From a virus (taxonomy: Duplodnaviria > Caudoviricetes), in the IMG/VR virus record IMGVR_UViG_3300028590_000025, positions 1 to 51,010 of that record: a stretch of DNA of 51,010 nt, one strand, 5' to 3'. Numbering within the stretch: position 1 is the first letter of the stretch; the number at the start of each line of letters is the position of its first letter. Shown piece by piece: positions 46,501-51,010 of this stretch. Under the pieces are notes generated by a model. That model searched no databases and had not been told where the DNA came from. It saw only the letters and a list, made by a program, of their open reading frames with translations. A program made the translations under genes and the position numbers.

Positions 46501-46809
46501 ATGAGCGCACCAAAGCCCGACGACGATTGGCTAGATGTCACCATTCGCTTTGTGACCCCCTGGATCGTTGGTGCCTTCGTACTCACGACATTGGTTCTGA
46601 TCCCGGTCCTCTCAATCGGCTTCACGCTTTTCGTGTTCCTGAAAACGGGAGCATGGGAGGCGATCAGCACGAGCGAAATAACGGCATGGACCGCTTCGAC
46701 CGATTGGGTCGGGTTCAACCAGGTAGCCAACTGGGTTCTGAACACCTGGGTCGGGTTCCCATCCATCGCTTTGGGATTATTCGCAGCTCTGGCTTACGCC
46801 GAACGATAG
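46501..46809 (+). CDS. Membrane protein in the cI operon
   Basis: Two long hydrophobic segments. Confidence 0.6.
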   Translation: MSAPKPDDDWLDVTIRFVTPWIVGAFVLTTLVLIPVLSIGFTLFVFLKTGAWEAISTSEITAWTASTDWVGFNQVANWVLNTWVGFPSIALGLFAALAYAER

Positions 46810-47035
46810 TCTCGCGCGTACTGCCCTATTGATAGATCCAGTTACTGGATAGTTCGGCTCTATAGAACCTTGAACTCAGTGGAAGCGCTGCGCCTAGCGG
46901 CGCGCTTCCTCGATGCCGGTAAGAGGGTGTTCTATAACCCGTTCGTCGTAGCCGCTTCGCGTCTACTCCTCACTGATCACCCCATTATAGTTACCGCGTA
47001 TACGCGTGCGTGAAAGGTCGCGTCAAGCGAAAATT

Positions 47036-47084
47036 GAAAGCGTCACTTTCTTTTTGCTTGCAGTGCCCTGAAAGTTGTGCTTTC
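47036..47084. promoter_or_regulatory. OL operators and early promoter
   Basis: Perfect GAAAG-N5-CTTTC at 47036-47050 and 47070-47084; same CTTGCA-N7-operator-AAT layout as the cro promoter. Confidence 0.8.
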
Positions 47085-47159
47085 AATAGCTCCATCAGCC
47101 GAGGACGAAGAAGCGCAAGGCGCCGATCTCCTCAGCACATTTGATGGAGTGAGCAGGCT

Positions 47160-47690
47160 ATGCTCGATCAGGCAACAGTCCAGAGGCTTTTCACATACGA
47201 TGCCACCACAGGCATCCTGACCTGGAATACTCGCGCCCGCTCCGAGTTCCCTTCTGACTGGTCGCACAAAGTCTGGAACAAGAGGTTCTCTGGCAAGCCT
47301 GCCGGGTCTCCGTCTGGCATCGGCTATCTCAAAGTACGAATCCTTGGCGCTACCTATCTTGTCCACCGGGTCATCTGGCTACTTGTTCACGGCGAGATGC
47401 CGGACGCGGTCGATCACATCAACGGGGATCGCGCAGACAACCGCCTAGTCAATCTGCGGGCGGCAACTACCGCCGAAAACAACCGCAATGCGAAGCGACG
47501 CGATGACAACCAGAGCGGGCACACGGGTGTCGCTTGGGACAAGTGGCGCGACAACTGGGTCGCGTACATCAGCGTCGAAGGCGTCGAGCGCAAGCTGGGC
47601 CGCTTCAAGTCGCTGGCTGACGCGGTGCAGGTCCGCAAAGCCGCAGAGCAACAATTCAATTTTCACAGCAATCACGGACGGTCGGCTTAG
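47160..47690 (+). CDS. HNH homing endonuclease with AP2 domain
   Basis: HRVIW, VDHINGDRADNRLVNLR..N, SGHTGV and LGRF motifs. Confidence 0.92.
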   Translation: MLDQATVQRLFTYDATTGILTWNTRARSEFPSDWSHKVWNKRFSGKPAGSPSGIGYLKVRILGATYLVHRVIWLLVHGEMPDAVDHINGDRADNRLVNLRAATTAENNRNAKRRDDNQSGHTGVAWDKWRDNWVAYISVEGVERKLGRFKSLADAVQVRKAAEQQFNFHSNHGRSA

Positions 47691-47724
47691 GCCGATCTCC
47701 TCGAAGCCCCGATGGAGACGCACC

Positions 47725-48108
47725 ATGGTCAATGCCGAGAACATTCTGAAAGTGGCCGACGCGATCGAGACGCACTCGATCCCTGATCTCGGCTTCAACC
47801 TGACGTTCTACATGAGCGATATTGGTCAAGACGAATACGACACCGACCTGATCATCGTAGATCGCTCGGGCCACAATTGTGGAACGGTTGCTTGCATCGC
47901 TGGGTGGAGCGCGGCGCTCCGCACCGGAAGCGCCCTCGATGCAAGCGTGATGTCTGAAGCGCTATACCTTGGCCTCGACTATAGCAGTGGCGCCAAGCTG
48001 TTTGGCTGCGACATGCCTATTAACGAACGCAATGTCGTGACGCAGGAACAAGCCGTCCGCACTCTCCGCCACCTCGCCGCTACCGGCGAAGTCGACTGGA
48101 CGGTGTGA
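47725..48108 (+). CDS. Hypothetical phage protein
   Basis: GGAG RBS; CGTVACIAGW motif. Confidence 0.75.
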   Translation: MVNAENILKVADAIETHSIPDLGFNLTFYMSDIGQDEYDTDLIIVDRSGHNCGTVACIAGWSAALRTGSALDASVMSEALYLGLDYSSGAKLFGCDMPINERNVVTQEQAVRTLRHLAATGEVDWTV

Positions 48109-48110
48109 TC

Positions 48111-48593
48111 ATGACCACATTCATTCCCATCGAGCGCTTGACCAGCGGCGTTTGCGTGCATCGTGTCGGCGGCGATTTCGGCCCCTTCGGCAATGCTGCC
48201 GAGGTCGTGTCCTGCGAGTTCGAAGGCGACTGCTACACCGTCACTGCCCTCCTCATCGAAACCGATGGTGCCGATGAATGGACCGGCGATGACGAGGTGA
48301 TCTTTCACGTCGATGCCGGCGAGAAGATCGAGTTTGCTGGTCAGGGCATTCCCCCGTTCATGCGCCCCGAGGGTGATGTGACGACCGAGGAATGGGCCGC
48401 GAAGGCACAGGCCCACGAACTGGCCGCAGACAGGGCCATCGTCGAGGCAGACCGCGTTCGTGGCTACGTGGGTCGGAAGATCGACGAAACGGCGCTGGTG
48501 GCTTCCGTAGCCGATGCGCTGGGCGTTTCCGGTGGTGAGCGCCGTGCCGAGTTCTTCGGTGCGTGTGATCGCGCTCTCATGGCTGCGGAGTGA
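48111..48593 (+). CDS. Hypothetical protein
   Basis: ORF in the early operon. Confidence 0.65.
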   Translation: MTTFIPIERLTSGVCVHRVGGDFGPFGNAAEVVSCEFEGDCYTVTALLIETDGADEWTGDDEVIFHVDAGEKIEFAGQGIPPFMRPEGDVTTEEWAAKAQAHELAADRAIVEADRVRGYVGRKIDETALVASVADALGVSGGERRAEFFGACDRALMAAE

Positions 48594-48823
48594 TGGCCAT
48601 GAGCGCTTCAGAAAACCACAACCGGCTTGCCCGAGAGTTTGTTCAGCTAGTTGGAACGGAAACCCATAGCGGCCCAGAACTGATGGTCGTGATGGAAAGC
48701 GCAATGCTGGGCACCATGCTTCTACTGGTGCGGCTCTACGGCGTGAAGCCGACCGACGCATCGATCTATCTCGAAGCCGCCCTACAGCGCGCCACCGAGC
48801 GCTATTCGGAGGGCAAGGCATGA
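48593..48823 (+). CDS. Hypothetical protein
   Basis: Coupled ORF. Confidence 0.6.
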   Translation: MAMSASENHNRLAREFVQLVGTETHSGPELMVVMESAMLGTMLLLVRLYGVKPTDASIYLEAALQRATERYSEGKA

Positions 48824-48945
48824 CCTCTCACCCCCTCCTCGAAGCCACTCTGGCGACCATCACCGGCGTGCTGTTCTTCGGTCTAATCATGGTGCCGGGT
48901 TTCTGGCTCCGCTTCGGCTGCATGCCGTGGGAGGCGATTCAGTGA
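48820..48945 (+). CDS. Small TM peptide (41 aa)
   Basis: ATGA/GTGA coupling; hydrophobic. Confidence 0.5.
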   Translation: MTSHPLLEATLATITGVLFFGLIMVPGFWLRFGCMPWEAIQ

Positions 48946-49304
48946 CCCGCACCACCCAAGCCATCGGCCAGTCCCGCTTTCACCCAATCACCAGCTTCGC
49001 CGCCGTCGCAGACGGGTCGGAGCGCGTCACTCCCAAGGAGCCAGCGATGTTCGATCTAGTCGGCGCCATTTCCTCGGCGCGGAAGACCTACGAGGCCGGT
49101 GTTTCAGTTCGCGGAGCCATTGCAGCCGGCGGCGAACCGGATGGGTTGGTCGCCGACCTCCATGCCCGGTTCCGAGAGCAGGCAACGGCCATGGGTTACC
49201 TGGTCACCTCGCTTGATGACGATGCGGAGCGGGAAACCAATGAGGCCGACGAAGACGCCCAGGCTGCGGTCGAGGGTAACGACATGCGGGTGGCCGCAGA
49301 ATGA
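48942..49304 (+). CDS. Hypothetical protein
   Basis: Coupled ORF. Confidence 0.6.
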   Translation: MTRTTQAIGQSRFHPITSFAAVADGSERVTPKEPAMFDLVGAISSARKTYEAGVSVRGAIAAGGEPDGLVADLHARFREQATAMGYLVTSLDDDAERETNEADEDAQAAVEGNDMRVAAE

Positions 49305-49591
49305 GCGCGATCACCCTTCCTGCTCGCTATGACGATATGAGCTGGCAGGAGCGGCGCGAAGTGCGCTTGGCTTATGTTCAGTCGCAGGGCGGCCAGTGCC
49401 ACCACTGCAAAGCAGCGCTCGATGGCGATCCGCCGCAGGAAATCATGCGGAAGCGCATCAACTGGCGTCTGTTTCCGGCCAACTTCCTCAAGCACCCGGT
49501 GCACCTGCACCACAGCCACGACACCGGTCTGACCATCGGCGCAGTTCATGCCCGTTGCAACGCCGTGCTCTGGCAGTACCACGGAGAGTGA
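49301..49591 (+). CDS. Endonuclease VII-like protein
   Basis: QGGQCHHC..LHHSHDTG..VHARCN. Confidence 0.65.
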   Translation: MSAITLPARYDDMSWQERREVRLAYVQSQGGQCHHCKAALDGDPPQEIMRKRINWRLFPANFLKHPVHLHHSHDTGLTIGAVHARCNAVLWQYHGE

Positions 49592-49593
49592 CG

Positions 49594-49779
49594 ATGAACC
49601 GCGCCGCCCTCCTCAGCCTCGCCCGCACCCAGCGCCGCCTCTCCCATCAATACCGGGCATGGGCCCGAGAGGACGAGCGCGCCGGGAAGCTGGACGCATA
49701 CCGCCGAGACACCGCCGAGGCCGATCGCCTCCGCAAGGACGCCCGCTGGCATCTCCAGCGCGCCCGCACCGCAATCTGA
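49594..49779 (+). CDS. Small basic hypothetical protein
   Basis: GGAG RBS; fills the gap. Confidence 0.55.
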   Translation: MNRAALLSLARTQRRLSHQYRAWAREDERAGKLDAYRRDTAEADRLRKDARWHLQRARTAI

Positions 49780-49796
49780 AACCGGGAGAACCCGAT

Positions 49797-50714
49797 ATGC
49801 CACTGAAGATCACCAAGGCCGCCGACCCGATCACCGTGGAACGGCTCAACGTCGTCATCTACGGCCCGCCGGGCCTGGGCAAGACCTCTCTTGCCTTCAC
49901 CGCCGAAGCGCCGCTCCTGCTGGACTTCGACAACGGCTCGCACCGTGCCGCTGGTCGTAAGGACGTTGTGCGCATTTCGGACTGGTCCGAAGTCGCCGGC
50001 ATCACCGCCGAAGACCTTGCACCCTATCGCAGCGTCATCATGGACACCGCGGGCCGCGCGCTCGACGTTCTGACCGCCGACATCATCCGCACCAACCCCA
50101 AGCATGGCCGTGGCGGCGCATTGTCGCTTCAGGGCTATGGCGAGCTCAAGTCGCGCTTCGTCGCCTTCCTGAAGCTCCTGAACAGCTTCGGAAAGGACGT
50201 GGTGCTGATCGCGCACATGGATGAACAGCGCAACGGCGACGACGTGATCGAACGTCTCGACGTTCAGGGCGGCAGCAAGGGCGAAATCTACAAGGCCGCC
50301 GACGCCATGGGCCGTCTGGTCATGGAAGGCGGCAAGCGCATGCTGAAGTTCTCCCCGGCCGACGCCGCGTTCGGCAAGAACCCTGGCCAGCTTGAACCGC
50401 TGCTGGTGCCGCACAATGACGACGCGGTGTTCGACACCTTCCTCGCCCAGGTCATCACCAAGACCAAGGACAAGCTCAACACGCTCTCCGAGGACCAGAA
50501 GGCCGCCAAGCAAGCGCAGGATGCCCTACGCGAGGCGCTGGCAGGCGTAAGCGATGCTGATGGCATCAACAAACTGATCGACGACGCGAAGGCGTCAGGC
50601 AAACCTGGCGTGATGCTGCTGCACAACCGCGCCACCGAACTGGGCCTGGTTGGCGACAAGGCCAGCGGCACCTATGTGGCCAAGCCTGCCGTCGAGCAAC
50701 AGGACGCCGCCTGA
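49797..50714 (+). CDS. Sak4-like (AAA_24) recombinase
   Basis: IYGPPGLGKT, LLLDFDNG, IMDT and VVLIAH; upstream of the exonuclease and ssb. Confidence 0.85.
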   Translation: MPLKITKAADPITVERLNVVIYGPPGLGKTSLAFTAEAPLLLDFDNGSHRAAGRKDVVRISDWSEVAGITAEDLAPYRSVIMDTAGRALDVLTADIIRTNPKHGRGGALSLQGYGELKSRFVAFLKLLNSFGKDVVLIAHMDEQRNGDDVIERLDVQGGSKGEIYKAADAMGRLVMEGGKRMLKFSPADAAFGKNPGQLEPLLVPHNDDAVFDTFLAQVITKTKDKLNTLSEDQKAAKQAQDALREALAGVSDADGINKLIDDAKASGKPGVMLLHNRATELGLVGDKASGTYVAKPAVEQQDAA

Positions 50715-51010
50715 TGCTGGCCCGGGTCTCCAATATCGAAGCCTATCGGAAGTGGCAGAATTGGAAGCCACTTTTCGATGGCGACGAAGAGCCGTCGCTT
50801 GAGGATTTCGTGCGGTCTATCACCACCGACGAGCCCAGCGAGAAGATGATGGCCGGCACGGCGTTCCATGCCGCCATCGAGAACGCCACCTATGGCAGCC
50901 ATGACACCTTCGAGGCCATGGGCTACCGGTTTATCCTGCCCGACGCCGAGATTGCCCTACCGGCCATTCGCGAGCTGCGCGCCTTCAAGGCCTATGGCGC
51001 AGTGTCGGTG
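50714..51010 (+). CDS. PD-(D/E)xK exonuclease, 5' part (continues at the start of the window)
   Basis: TGATG coupling; MMAGTAFH. Confidence 0.8.
   Translation, partial: MLARVSNIEAYRKWQNWKPLFDGDEEPSLEDFVRSITTDEPSEKMMAGTAFHAAIENATYGSHDTFEAMGYRFILPDAEIALPAIRELRAFKAYGAVSV
50874..51010. repeat. Terminal direct repeat, copy 2
   Basis: Matches 1-137 except for 3 nt. Confidence 0.97.

Overview
This window looks like a complete, circularly permuted genome (about 50.87 kb) of a temperate long-tailed (siphovirus-type) phage. Positions 1-137 repeat at 50874-51010 with 3 mismatches, and one exonuclease gene runs across that junction. An alphaproteobacterial host (probably Hyphomicrobiales) is inferred from the GcrA-like gene, an alpha-type LexA box and the tRNA-Cys fragment. 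Layout: xis, tyrosine integrase and an attP carrying the 5' half of tRNA-Cys; a stress/SOS accessory patch with an ATP-dependent DNA ligase; a lysis cassette (GH108 endolysin, spanins, holin-like genes); accessory genes (HEPN-like protein, beta-propeller plus discoidin protein, acyltransferase-3); tail and head genes (DUF2184 capsid, DUF2213 protease, DUF1073 portal, terminases); a replication/regulation operon (primase-helicase, GcrA, two methyltransferases, two RuvC-like genes); a cro/cI switch with five GAAAG-N5-CTTTC operators; and an early operon ending in Sak4-exonuclease-SSB-NinB. Best leads: (1) the portal is fused to a 2H-phosphoesterase (Acb1-like anti-CBASS) domain that may be released inside the virion; (2) attP supplies the 5' half of tRNA-Cys with its own promoter; (3) a secreted TolA C-terminal-domain mimic in the cI operon; (4) an SsrA-tag-like degron on a CII-position gene; (5) an apparently dead RuvC paralogue and an apparently deleted C5-methyltransferase. 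All family calls come from motifs recognised by eye; no database searches were run.
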